From assembly GCA_025603075.1 (NCBI GenBank), contig MU626326.1, positions 1-64,000 of the forward strand: a stretch of DNA of 64,000 nt. The letters run 5' to 3'. Below, piece by piece: positions 21,990 to 33,423 of this stretch (position 1 is the first letter of the stretch; each line of letters starts with the position of its first letter). The translations under genes and the position numbers were made by a program. Under the pieces are notes generated by a model. It was not told where the DNA came from and made no database searches. It saw only the letters and a list, made by a program, of their open reading frames with translations. The stretch is from Neoconidiobolus thromboides FSU 785. Lineage: Eukaryota > Fungi > Entomophthoromycota.

Positions 21990-22712
21990 TTAAGAATAAA
22001 CTTTTTCGCACTCAATAAACATAGCTTTTTTGCGGCAGACACGTCCTGGACATTTACAGAAGCTTTTAACATACTTGTTATCTTTACATTCATAATAACC
22101 TCCATCTTCAGCACAGAAACCAGTGCTTTGCTCACATTGAGTAGCACCTGGTTTACCTTCAGTATATCTAGTAATTGGAATAGAAGCAGTACCTTCGCAA
22201 GCTGGATCTACAGGAGGAGTTCTTCTTTCACATTCAATAAAGAGTGCCTTTTTGGTACAGAATCTATTTGGACACTTACAGAAATCTTTAACGTATTCAT
22301 TATTCTTACATATATAATAGTCACCATCTTGAGCACAGAAACCAGTACCTTCTTGACATTTCTTATCATCAGGCTTTCCAGCAACATACCTTGTGATTGG
22401 TAAAGATCCAGTAGATTCGCATACTGGATCGGTAGAATATTTTCTTTCACATTCAATGAACATGGCCTTTTTGGTACAGAATCTATTTGGACATGAGCAG
22501 GAACCTTTAACATATTTGTTATTCTTGCACTCATAATAGCCTCCATCTTGAGCACAGAAACCAGTGTTCTCAATACATTGAGTGGCATTTGGGTCACCAA
22601 GAGTATATCTTACAATTGGAATAGAGCCAGTAGAATCACATACTGGATCTGAAGCACTGATGACAGTAGATAAAAAAGAGAATAAAGTAATTGAAGCAAT
22701 ATTGGATTTCAT
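21990..22712 (-). CDS. Secreted protein with three 8-Cys repeats; probable ATG at 22712 (MKSNIASITLF)
   Basis: Signal-peptide-like N-terminus and three copies of the repeat seen in 14703-15296. Confidence 0.9.
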   Translation of the reverse strand: MKSNIASITLFSFLSTVISASDPVCDSTGSIPIVRYTLGDPNATQCIENTGFCAQDGGYYECKNNKYVKGSCSCPNRFCTKKAMFIECERKYSTDPVCESTGSLPITRYVAGKPDDKKCQEGTGFCAQDGDYYICKNNEYVKDFCKCPNRFCTKKALFIECERRTPPVDPACEGTASIPITRYTEGKPGATQCEQSTGFCAEDGGYYECKDNKYVKSFCKCPGRVCRKKAMFIECEKVYS

Positions 22713-23866
22713 TTTTATTTTTTTTGAATATATTTTTCGTTGACAGCTTATATACATTTAATTTATTCTTTAATAAACCTGTTTTATCAATTATTTAATA
22801 CATGTATCTGTTTTATTATATCACCAATTGTATTTTTAACTTTGAAAAAGCATAAAATTGCCTTTTTTATTTTTAGTGTAAAGGTATGACATTTCTTTAG
22901 TTATTTTTAAATTATACTTTTCAGCATGCATTGACTATTTGCTTTATAAATACAGTATTTTTCACACCTGTTTTGATGAACTTTCTATTTAATGATAAAA
23001 ATTATTAAACATTTAATTTGATTACTAAAAATAACTATAAGTTTATCGTATTTTATCTAATATAAATAATATTAATAAATTAAACCTTCAAAGCCTATAT
23101 AAAATATTGGTGATTTAATATTATATTTTCATAATTAAAGTGTCCAATTTATTCACTAGATCCATATCAATTAAAAACAAAGTGCTCAATTTTGATTCTC
23201 AGATTAGATAAATAAAACCTGGTTCTTCGCCTTTTCTAGCATGTATTTCTGAATGGGAAATCCTTTTCAAATAATAGATTCTTATTGTCTCCTTTTAGGT
23301 TGTACAAATTCAAAGCCGGGATAGCAACTATTGTTAGAAGGGCTTCTGATTTATTAATTGCTATATCTGAATATCCCTTGATTTTTTTATACTATTGCTA
23401 TTTTTATAAGTTTTGTTTATTTGTTCTTTTTGCTTCAATAGATAGAGCTACCTTTTGAACATATTCTTAAAGAAAATACAAGTGTTCAATAAAAACATCC
23501 ACTCAAAATATTGATATAATTTCATTGTTATATTACATTGACAAAATCACAAGACTTGTCTTGAATTTAAAAACTTAATATGGTTGAATTTGGCATCTAT
23601 AAAAACACCTTTATTGTTTTAAATTATTAAAAGTATTATATCGTTTTGACATTTTATATAAGGCACCCTTTGATTGTTTAATATCTTTTTAGGTACGTAT
23701 TTTAAAGAGTAATTTATAAACTGTAGTTAATTACTATAATTTCAATCACTATGATAATGCTATTGAAAACTCGAGAATAGGATTTTTTGTGTTTTCTAGG
23801 ATCAATTATTCTAAATAACACTGATATTCTTAAATATGAATGAAATAATATTTTATTTTTACTCAA

Positions 23867-24610
23867 TTAATATCCAAAATTAAACTTATATTTATCGACT
23901 TGACATTGAATGTTAGGACCATTTCTAGCACAAGAGCGACCAAAGCATTGGCAATATTCTTTTGTGTATTTGTTACCCTTGCATTGATAGTAAGTACCAT
24001 CTTCTTCATCACAGAAACCAGTACCTTCAACACACTTCCTATCATTAGGTTTACCAGGATGATATTTAATAGTATTAGTAGGTTCAGCACTTTCACACAG
24101 AGTATCTACTGGAAATAAGCGCTCACATTCAATAAACAAAGCCTTTTTAGCACAAATTCTATGTGGGCACTTACAAAAGCTTTTAATATATTTGCTATTT
24201 TTACATTCATAATAACCACCATCACCAGAGCAAAAACCAGTGTTTTCAACACATTTTTTATCTTCTGGTTTACCTTCCGAGTATCTAGTAATTGGTAAGG
24301 AACTATTTGTAAGACACTGTGGAGATATTAGTAATTTTTTTTCACATTCGATATACATAGCTTTTTTAGTACAATATCTGTCAGGACAACTACATTCTCC
24401 TCTAACGTATTTGTTGTTTTTGCATTCATAATATTCGCCTTTCTTACCACAGATTCCAGTACCTTCAACACATTTAGTATCGGTCGGTTTTCCAGCAGAG
24501 TATCTAATGATTGGGATGGAACTAAGGGTATCACATTGTGAGTTGTTAGTAGCATATACAAAGCTTGAGCAAGAAATGAATAAAGCAACGAAATTGATAT
24601 TAGCCAACAT
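23867..24610 (-). CDS. Secreted protein with three diverged 8-Cys repeats, 247 aa
   Basis: Signal-peptide-like MLANINFVALFISCSSFVYA; same Cys spacing. Confidence 0.88.
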   Translation of the reverse strand: MLANINFVALFISCSSFVYATNNSQCDTLSSIPIIRYSAGKPTDTKCVEGTGICGKKGEYYECKNNKYVRGECSCPDRYCTKKAMYIECEKKLLISPQCLTNSSLPITRYSEGKPEDKKCVENTGFCSGDGGYYECKNSKYIKSFCKCPHRICAKKALFIECERLFPVDTLCESAEPTNTIKYHPGKPNDRKCVEGTGFCDEEDGTYYQCKGNKYTKEYCQCFGRSCARNGPNIQCQVDKYKFNFGY

Positions 24611-25269
24611 ACTTTTTATTTTTAAATAAGTTGAATTCTATTTTTCTTCATTTTATACTTTTTCATTTTGACATATTGTCATGTTGACATTTTATTTGTC
24701 AAACAATCATGTCATTTATTAATATAATTAATTTATGGATAGTTGTAAATACATTTTAATTCTAACTTAATTAAGATAGCTCGCATAATTCTATGTTATT
24801 TTTATACATTATCATGCATGTCTATTTTTAGCTTTAATAGTGTAGTAATTTAAGCAAATTCAAACCTTTGAAATAGACAGTAGTGAATGTTATTGGAATA
24901 TTGAAAGAATTAAATAAGGTTAAAGTACAATATAAATATTATGAAAAGCTATTATAAAAAATGCACAAAAACTTATACCATATCTGCTTTAATTACTACC
25001 ATCTATGTGACATTAGTAAATGACGAGAAATAAACTTATTTTCTTATGATCATACTTTTATCAATTTAATATTTCTTAATTCCAAAACGGAACTATTATT
25101 ATGAAAGCAGTCATTGTTTAGTGTCATATAATTAAATTAATATAACAAATCCATTAAACCACTTTTTTATTTATTTTTAGATTTTTCATTTATGATATTA
25201 TAACACATAGTTTTAATAGCTTGATTTTTTTCATTAATTAATATGTGAAATACTTATTTTTTTAATTTA

Positions 25270-25510
25270 GGGAAACCCTGTAGTGTTTGTTCCATGAAAT
25301 GAAGTGAGTAAAAGATCTTAAGAAGGTGTAAAAGAAAACGAGGATATGTCTTTAAGTTTAAAAAGGGCATAAGAAGTAACAGGAACAGGGAGAGGGTCTA
25401 GGATAAGACTAACAAACTTGGAAGGTCATTTGTTGGATCTAAAGGGTTTTCAATGTGTTATGGTTACAAAGTCATTTATGATAAGGTGATAGTAGGAGTT
25501 GGAAAAATTG
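25270..25510 (-). pseudogene. Possible decayed LINE APE-endonuclease fragment
   Basis: Stop-riddled reading ...HLIINDF...LPVPVTSY...DLLLTS resembles the II.GDFN / T...IDL motifs; weak. Confidence 0.3.
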
Positions 25511-25597
25511 ATATATTGGATTTATTTTTAAAGTTATAATTTTTATTAAAAAATACTATACATATCTTTTCTAGTCCAATTCTTTTATTTCTTTAAC

Positions 25598-25684
25598 GGG
25601 GATGTTTTTGGTTTTATCACTTTTTCTATCTTTTAACTGGTATTTGAGTGGAAAAAATATTGATAAATTCTTATATGTATCCCC
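25598..25684 (-). mobile_element. Degenerate MITE
   Basis: Reverse consensus, GGGGATG...ATCCCC. Confidence 0.7.
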
Positions 25685-25758
25685 AATAGAAATTTATAAT
25701 GTAAAGTAAACCAATATTTTATTTATTCAAAATAATGAAAAAGAGTATTAATAAGAAT

Positions 25759-25842
25759 CTCACCTTAGCTCAGTTGGAAGAGCGATGGACTGTAAATTTA
25801 ATAGCAATCCATCGGTCCCTGGTTCGATCCCGGGAGGTGAGA
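25759..25842 (+). tRNA. tRNA-Tyr(GTA) with 11-nt intron
   Basis: Cloverleaf CTCACCT/AGGTGAG, D arm GCTCAGTTGGAAGAGC, anticodon stem ATGGA/TCCAT, TTCGATC T loop, T-run terminator. Confidence 0.95.
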
Positions 25843-25930
25843 TGTTTTTATCCAGGATCTATTTTTAGATTCTTCTATAGTAATAACTAATAATAAATAT
25901 AACAATAAAAATTTCAACTCTTTTATTTAA

Positions 25931-26804
25931 TTAAACTAAAAATTCTTGGGTATATTCTTGACGGTATGGATTATCATCAGCTGGTCTAATAATTTTATTA
26001 CTAAATTTCTTTTTAATAACATTTAATAACAATTACCTGTTAATAGGTGTCCACTTTGGCAACTAAAAAAGGGATCATATTAACATATTTATAAAAATTA
26101 TCAATATTATTAGACTTACATCTTTAAATAATCTCATAGCTTTAGTAAAATTCTTAGAATCCGGGGTGAAGCGATGATAAATACCAGCAGGCTAAAAGAA
26201 ATTATGTTAATACCTTAATAAAAAGATGAGTGTTGGAATTTTAAATTTACCAAAACAATTAAATCATATGGATTTAAAGCAATACGAATCCATTGATCTT
26301 TTTTATCTAATTAAATATTAATAATTGTAGCTAATATAAAAACAGTATGCATTATTTTACCTCGAACATCAAAATAACCCGAACCTTCTAATATTAATCG
26401 AATTTCTTCGTCTTCATGAATATGTCTAATAACAGTTGAGTTAAATCCAAAATAAACTATGGAAATTCCACTTACTCCTCAAAAAAGATTTTAAGTTTCT
26501 CCTCGTAACTAGCGCCAAAATTAGCTGGTGATATATTAACCTTTTAGAAATGGATTGTTATTATCACTCAAAATTTCAAATTCTTATAATAAAAGATAAA
26601 ACTTACTACATCATGATTCTTATACTCTCTTTTATCAGCAAATTCTTTGACTTGTTGATTTAAATCTTTCTTTTCATCTAACTGATAATATTCTACTCCA
26701 ACTTCTTTTAAAGTGATTAAATCCACTTCACGATTGGGTGCAAATTTATGTTCGGCTGATGGGTTATCAATATCCACTTCTGAATTGTAATAATATGCAT
26801 GCAT
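25931..26804 (-). CDS. ADI1: Acireductone dioxygenase (methionine salvage), 7 exons
   Basis: Spliced reading ...[28 protein letters not shown]...[10 protein letters not shown]...[27 protein letters not shown]; cupin H-x-H-x3-E...H ligands. Confidence 0.93.
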
Positions 26805-26978
26805 GTTTTGAAAAATAAGAAAATGAATTAAAAGATAAGATTTGTGATAAGATTGAGATTTTAATGTCTAAAAAAATGAATTTTCAAGAAATTCTCAATG
26901 AAAATGACGTGATTGTTTTATTAAATCCTTGTTTTCATGAATGTTATTAGTAATACTCGCTATTGTTTTTTGATATAT

Positions 26979-27076
26979 GAGGATGTATTTTTGTGTTTAA
27001 GAATTTTACTAACAAATTTTCCACTCAAATAGTACTTAAAAAACGGAAAAATAATGAAATCAAAAAAAACAGCCCC
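26979..27076 (+). mobile_element. ~99-bp MITE, 175 bp upstream of ADI1
   Basis: ATAT/ATAT TSD. Confidence 0.88.
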
Positions 27077-27556
27077 ATATAACGCTCAATATGAATTTAA
27101 TATATCAATGATAGGGAAATTAGAAGAAATAAAAAAGGCTATTAAAATCACAGCTTATTATTATTTTTAAATTATGAAAGTTTGATCTATTTCTCTTATA
27201 ATACTGTACTATTTTTAACAAATAATTCAAAAAGGATTCATTAACTTAACAAATAGCTTTTGTCATTTTAAAAGCTTATTTATTTTATTCTTTCAATTAA
27301 GTATTAATTAATATATAATATATATAAACATAAATTTGATGATTAGATTAATGCAAATATTTTATTCACAATTTTAAAATAGTTTACAAATAATAATAAG
27401 ACAGATATACTAATGTAACTTTTAATAATTATGTATTTTAATTATTGAAAATAAAAATTTATAAAACTTGTTGTTTATTACATTATTTAACATTAAATTC
27501 AAAAAGCTAAAAACCATTTAGTTAGCTATAATAAGATATCAAGTAAAAAATAATAT

Positions 27557-27644
27557 GAGGTGTTTTTTGATTTTATCACTTTTTCTATCTTTTAACTGGT
27601 ATTTGAGTGGAAAAATTATTGATAGATTCTTAAATGCATTTCCC
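27557..27644 (-). mobile_element. Degenerate MITE
   Basis: ATAT/ATAT flanks, same subtype as 25598. Confidence 0.75.
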
Positions 27645-27693
27645 ATATAGTAAGAATGGATGAAAAAATTAGCATTTAGTCTGCCATTGTATA

Positions 27694-27777
27694 TCTCACC
27701 TCCCGGGATCGAACCAGGGACCGATGGATTGCTATTAAATTTACAGTCCATCGCTCTTCCAACTGAGCTAAGGTGAG
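27694..27777 (-). tRNA. tRNA-Tyr(GTA) with 11-nt intron
   Basis: Identical to 25759-25842. Confidence 0.95.
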
Positions 27778-28164
27778 ATTCTTGTCTTCTATAATTGAAA
27801 AGCATTTTAAATATATATTTAATATTTTTAAGAAATGTGTCAAATGAATTAATAAATATCAATGATGTGGTTTTTAATCTATTATTGATTGATTGATTAG
27901 TTAATATTATTAATTAAACTAGATATATATTATAGATTTTAAGCGGTTGATTTTAATATTAAAATCATTAACATTATTTGTTGATGTATTAATCAAGTCA
28001 CAACCATTGTTTTATTGCTTGATTACATTAAAAAAATTCATAAATTTTGCACAAAATAACCTTGGATTAACCCCAACTTTTAATTATCATAAACATTCCA
28101 ACTGAAATCGGCTTTCAATCTTTCGATAAAAGTTTAACTTTTATAATAAGCTTCTTTTAAAAAA

Positions 28165-30256
28165 ATGTTTGAGTTAGATGTTTACAATGCCAGCTATACT
28201 TATCGAGATTTAGAAACTTGGTTTGCTTTATTAACTTTTTTGTTTTGTTGGGCTTTATTTGCTAAAAATTGGCCTCAACTTCCGGTGGGTAGAACAGCGG
28301 CTGCTTTACTTGGTGGGTCTCTAATGGTGACTTTAAAAGTAATTACAGCTGTTGAGGCTTTTTCTTCCATCTCAGGTGGGACTATGTTATTATTAATTGG
28401 TCTAATGATTATACTGGCTAAAATGGAGGAAAAGGTAAGTAAAATTCCATTCTTTTATTAAAATACTCCATGTCATTGAAGAAAAAAATATTGATCAATG
28501 TTATTAAAAATAATAGGGAATAACTGGACCATTAAGGAAGTTGTTATTAATTGGAAATCCAAGTCCTAGAATATTTTTAGTAAGAGTTTCTTTATGTTCT
28601 GCTTTTTTAGGTGCAACAATAATGAATGATGGGGCTGCCATATTTTTAACTTCCGTAGTTATGGATATTGCTGATGAATATGGGTTATTGTTAGAGCCTT
28701 ATGCTTTAGCGGTGGTAAGTTATTTTAAATAGAATAGAATAATTATTTTAAATAATAAAATAATGAATTAATTTCAATTTATAAAAGGCCACATCGGCGA
28801 ATATTGGATCTGCTGCTACTGTGTTGGGTAACCCTAAAAACATGTTGGTTGTCGAAAAAGTACCAGGATTAGACTTTTTAACCTTTTCAAGGAAAATGGG
28901 ACCACCTTCAGTTATTTGCACATTAATTAATACGGTGTTTTTAGTATTATATTATTGGGATGATTTAGATAGTTTACCATTATTACCAGAAAAAGTAGAC
29001 AAAAATTTACAAGATGAAGAACTAGACGACGATGTTGCTAGAATGGAGCAAGAGTATTTAGCTAGTAAATCAAATTTACAAGATGAAGAATATCCACCAT
29101 TGGCTTATCTAATTAACGAAGATACTCCATTAACTAATAATAGTAATAATAACAACGGTGCTTTTTGTGATCAAATAACAGAAACTCCTAGAAGATATGA
29201 AACAAGTACATTTGATTCCTACAAATCAACTAGTCATTTTTTTAAAGTTAATGAAGATACAATATCCGATCATCAATCTATTATGTCACCTGCTTTATCC
29301 TTTTTTGATTTAGATGAGTTGGAATTAAATAATATACCAAAATATAAATGGCCAACACAAGCTAGTATTAATAATAATCAACATAATATGGATACAATAC
29401 AATCTTACTTTAGTTATCCTAACTCAACTATACATCCAAAAGATATATTACCATTTACACTTAATCAAATTCAAGCTAATAGAAATAATTCATTACAATC
29501 AAGTAAACAAATGTTACTTATTGATTTTATTAAATATAATTATAAAGATATATTAATCGGATTTACATTAATCTTTATGTATACTGGATTCATATTGAAA
29601 TGGAATTTGGGATTTACTTGTTTAACAAGTGCCATGATTATATTGTTTATAGATAATAAAGATGCTTCGTCTATTATTAATGAGCATATCAATTGGTCCT
29701 TATTATCATATTTATTTGGAGTGTTTTCATTATTATGCGGAGTATCAAAAACCCCATTACCTGGTGATTTATTTCAAAAATTTGCGCCACTAATTAATCC
29801 AAAAGTACCTAATTTAAAAGTATCTACTATTGCTTTTTCAGGTTTAGTGATTTTATTATCTTTTGTATTTACTTCCATTCCAACTGTATTGTTGATTAGT
29901 CCTTATATTCCTTTATTAAATGATCCTATATTTAAAAGAAATGCTTGGTATTTATTAGCTTGGTCAGTCACTTTATGTGGTAATTTGACTGCTTTTGGAT
30001 CTGTAGCTGGGCTAATTGTTTCGGTAAGATAAATTCATTTTATTTTATTTTATTTATATAATAACTAATTCGATTTTTATTTTACTATTAGGAAATTTGT
30101 AAAGATTATTGTATTGAAGATAAAGATAATTCTAAAATAAGACGTAAAAGACCTAATCAATGGATTGGTGAATTAATTGTTTGGTCTAAATTTACACTTT
30201 GGTCAACTATTATTTTATTAATCATTGGTGCTTTTTATATTGTTTATGAAATCTAG
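28165..30256 (+). CDS. ArsB/NhaD-superfamily anion transporter, Lsi2-like; exons 28165-28434, 28517-28714, 28788-30023, 30092-30256
   Basis: LPVGRTAAALLG, MNDGAAIFLT, ATSANIGSAATVLGNPKN and LCGNLTAFGSVAGLIV motifs; long central hydrophilic loop. Confidence 0.88.
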
Positions 30257-31369
30257 ATTGATGTTCATCTTTTATATGTGATTTTTTTACTTTAATAATT
30301 TAGCTGTACCCTTTTTTTGAAACATATTTTTTATTTTCTTTTTCTTTTTAATGGCTTTTTGTATATTTTTTTCAAATTACTAAATATAGTTTAGTTATTA
30401 AAGTTATATATTATATATTGGTATCTTATGTATAATATTTTATGTATCATGTTGACTATTATTTAGAACTATGGATTATTGTTCTGTATAAAAGAACTAT
30501 AATAAATTAGTAATTGAAGTATTTAAAATTACGATATTATTAAATAAACTTAATATTGTATAAATGATAATGATACATAAAAGACACATTATTTTTTAAT
30601 ATATCTTTTAGGATAATGCATTAATTTATGATGATTTCATCAAGTTGTAAAAATGAGTAATATTGAATGAAATTTAATTCAACACTTTTAATAAAAAATC
30701 TATATTTTAAACATTAATGATTACATTGAGTTTTAAACTATAGAAGATAATTTTAATGGTACCACTTGAATATAAGCCAACTAACTCATTTATAGCCTAT
30801 TTTATTAACTTATTTTAAGTATCTAAAACATATTGATTTTCAAATCAACAACTGCCAACAATACAAAAAAAGTTAATATTTATCATAGCACCTTGGTTAA
30901 CTGATCATATGGAAAATACTATCGCTCTCAAAAAATAGTGATTTTTCCAATTAAGGAAATTCATCTGCTAATTAGTCCAACTACACAGATTTTTTATTCA
31001 AAACTTATAAATCCCCCTAAGCACATCATAATTGATAAAAATTTCTAATTTATGGCGAGGATTGCACCATCGATTAGATGATTGGATGGCTGCTAATTTG
31101 ACATACTAGGAGGATTAAAAAGGGCTAAAATATTTAATAGCATACAACAAGAGTATAGAATATGATTGGATTAAAAGTTTAAAAGTCATTCAATTTTCAA
31201 AGATAAGGAAAAAAACAAAAAAACAAAATGTTTGAAATTTCTAACATAGCATTAAAAAAAGTATATAAATAGATAGAAATATAATGAATGATAGAAAAAA
31301 AATTGAATATAAATTATTATTGCTTATTTTATTAATATCTATTACACTAAAATAAAATAAAGTTAAATT

Positions 31370-33342
31370 ATGAAGGTTATTGATAAAATTAATTTAGCTA
31401 ATCAAGAAAATCGACCTTTTTGGTCCTTTGAATATTTTCCACCAAAAACTCAACAGGTAATAATAACAATATGTAATAGTATATAATAACAATAATATAT
31501 AATAATATATAATAATTAAACAATAATAATAATTAAATAGCAATAATAATTAAATAACAATATTAATTTATTTTATTATAGGGATTAATTAATTTATATG
31601 GTCGATTAGAAAGAATGTATCAATTAGGACCTGAATTTATTGATATTACATGGGGAGCAGGAGGCACAACTTCTTCATTGACTTTAGAAATCTGTTCTAC
31701 AGCCCAATCTGTTTATGGATTAGAAACGGCTATGCATTTAACATGTACCAATATGCCTAAAGCGAAAGTGGATGAAGCCTTAAAAATTGCGAAAGAAAAT
31801 GGAATACAAAATATCTTAGCTTTACGTGGGGACCCACCACGTGGACAAGAAAATTGGTCAAAATGTGAAGATGGATTTTCTTATGCAGTAGATTTAGTTA
31901 AATACATTCGTCAAGAATATGGAAATTATTTCTGTATTTCAGTGGCAGGGTATCCAGAGGGTCATATTGATAGTGAGGATAAAGAAATTGATTTAATTTA
32001 TTTAAAACAAAAAGTGGAGGCTGGCGCTGATTATATTGTTACTCAATTATTCTATGATGTAGATTTATTTTTAAGTTGGGTTAAAAAAGTTAGAGAAGCA
32101 GGTAGGTTGTTATTTATTATATGATATATATACATATATTTACTTATTAATTATTTTATTATTTTAATAGGTATTAAAGTACCAATATTACCAGGCATTA
32201 TGCCCATTCAAAATTATAATGGATTTAAAAGAATGACTACTTTGTCTAAAACAATTATACCAGATTTTATTGAAGAAGAATTAATACATATAAAAGATGA
32301 TGATCAAGCAGTGAAAGAATATGGAATTAATTTAGCAGTACAAATGATTACTAAAATGATTCAAAATAATATTCAAGGATTTCATTTTTATACACTAAAT
32401 TTAGAAAGAAGTACTCGATTAATATTAGAAAAATTGCAATTTATTAATAGTAAAGAGATATATCGTCCATTGCCATGGAATCCATCTTTATTAAAAAATC
32501 GAGAAAAAGAGAATGTACGTCCAATATTTTGGCGTAATCGTACACAATCTTACATTAATCGTACTCAAGATTGGGACGATTTTCCAAACGGTAGATGGGG
32601 AGATAGTCGATCTCCAGCTTATGGGGAATTGGATGGCTATGGTATTAATATAAAATACAACAAGGAACAAGTGTTGAAATTATGGGGAACCCCAAGTTTA
32701 ATTAGTGATATATTTGAATTATTTATTAAATATTGTAATAATGAATTAAATGCACTACCTTGGTGTGATCAACCGTTATATCCAGAAACTGAAATTATTC
32801 GTAATGAATTAATTAATATTAACAAAATGGGCTATTTAACAATTAATTCTCAACCTAGTGTTAATGGAATTAAATCTTCTGACAAAATTTATGGCTGGGG
32901 ACCAAAGAACGGATATGTTTATCAAAAATCTTATTTAGAGTTTTTTTGCTCTAAATTGCAATTAGATCGTTTAATTTCTCAATTAACTCAATTTAACCAG
33001 AATAATGAAGACATTTATACTTATTATGCAGTTAATAAACAAGGTAATTTATTAACTAATAATACAGTGGATGGTCCAATGGCAGTTACTTGGGGTGTTT
33101 TCCCTGGTAAAGAAATTGTTCAACCAACGGTAGTAGAAGCTGTCTCCTTTTTAGCTTGGAAAGATGAAGCATTTGAACTATGGAATCAATGGAAGTTCAA
33201 TTATGATCAAAATTCCACTTCATTTGAATTACTAAATGAGATTCAAAATAATTGGTATTTAGTTAATTTAGTTCATCATGATTTTACTAAAGTTAATGCC
33301 ATTTTTAATATTTTTAATATTGATAATGAATTATCAAGATAA
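31370..33342 (+). CDS. MET13: Methylenetetrahydrofolate reductase; exons 31370-31456, 31582-32101, 32171-33342
   Basis: SFEYFPPKT, ITWGAGG, HLTCTN, ILALRGDPP, AGYPEGH, TQLFYD and a C-terminal regulatory domain (WDDFPNGRWGDSRSPAYG). Confidence 0.95.
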
Positions 33343-33423
33343 CTTAAATATCAATTATATTTAATAAAAATAAAAATAAAAACAAAATTATTATTATTTT
33401 ATTATTTTATTTTTATCTTATTT

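Noticed and set aside
14690-24588. Alternative-frame and antisense ORFs over the 8-Cys genes (e.g. 14690-14971, 14923-15117, 21960-22403, 22208-22600, 24328-24588)
   Set aside because: Shadows of repetitive coding sequence; no independent motifs.
27539-27862. 107-aa ORF
   Set aside because: It reads through a tRNA-Tyr gene and a MITE; not a protein.
30850-31150. Possible retroelement integrase remnant (P.HIIID..F)
   Set aside because: Only a partial motif with stops; not supportable without a search.
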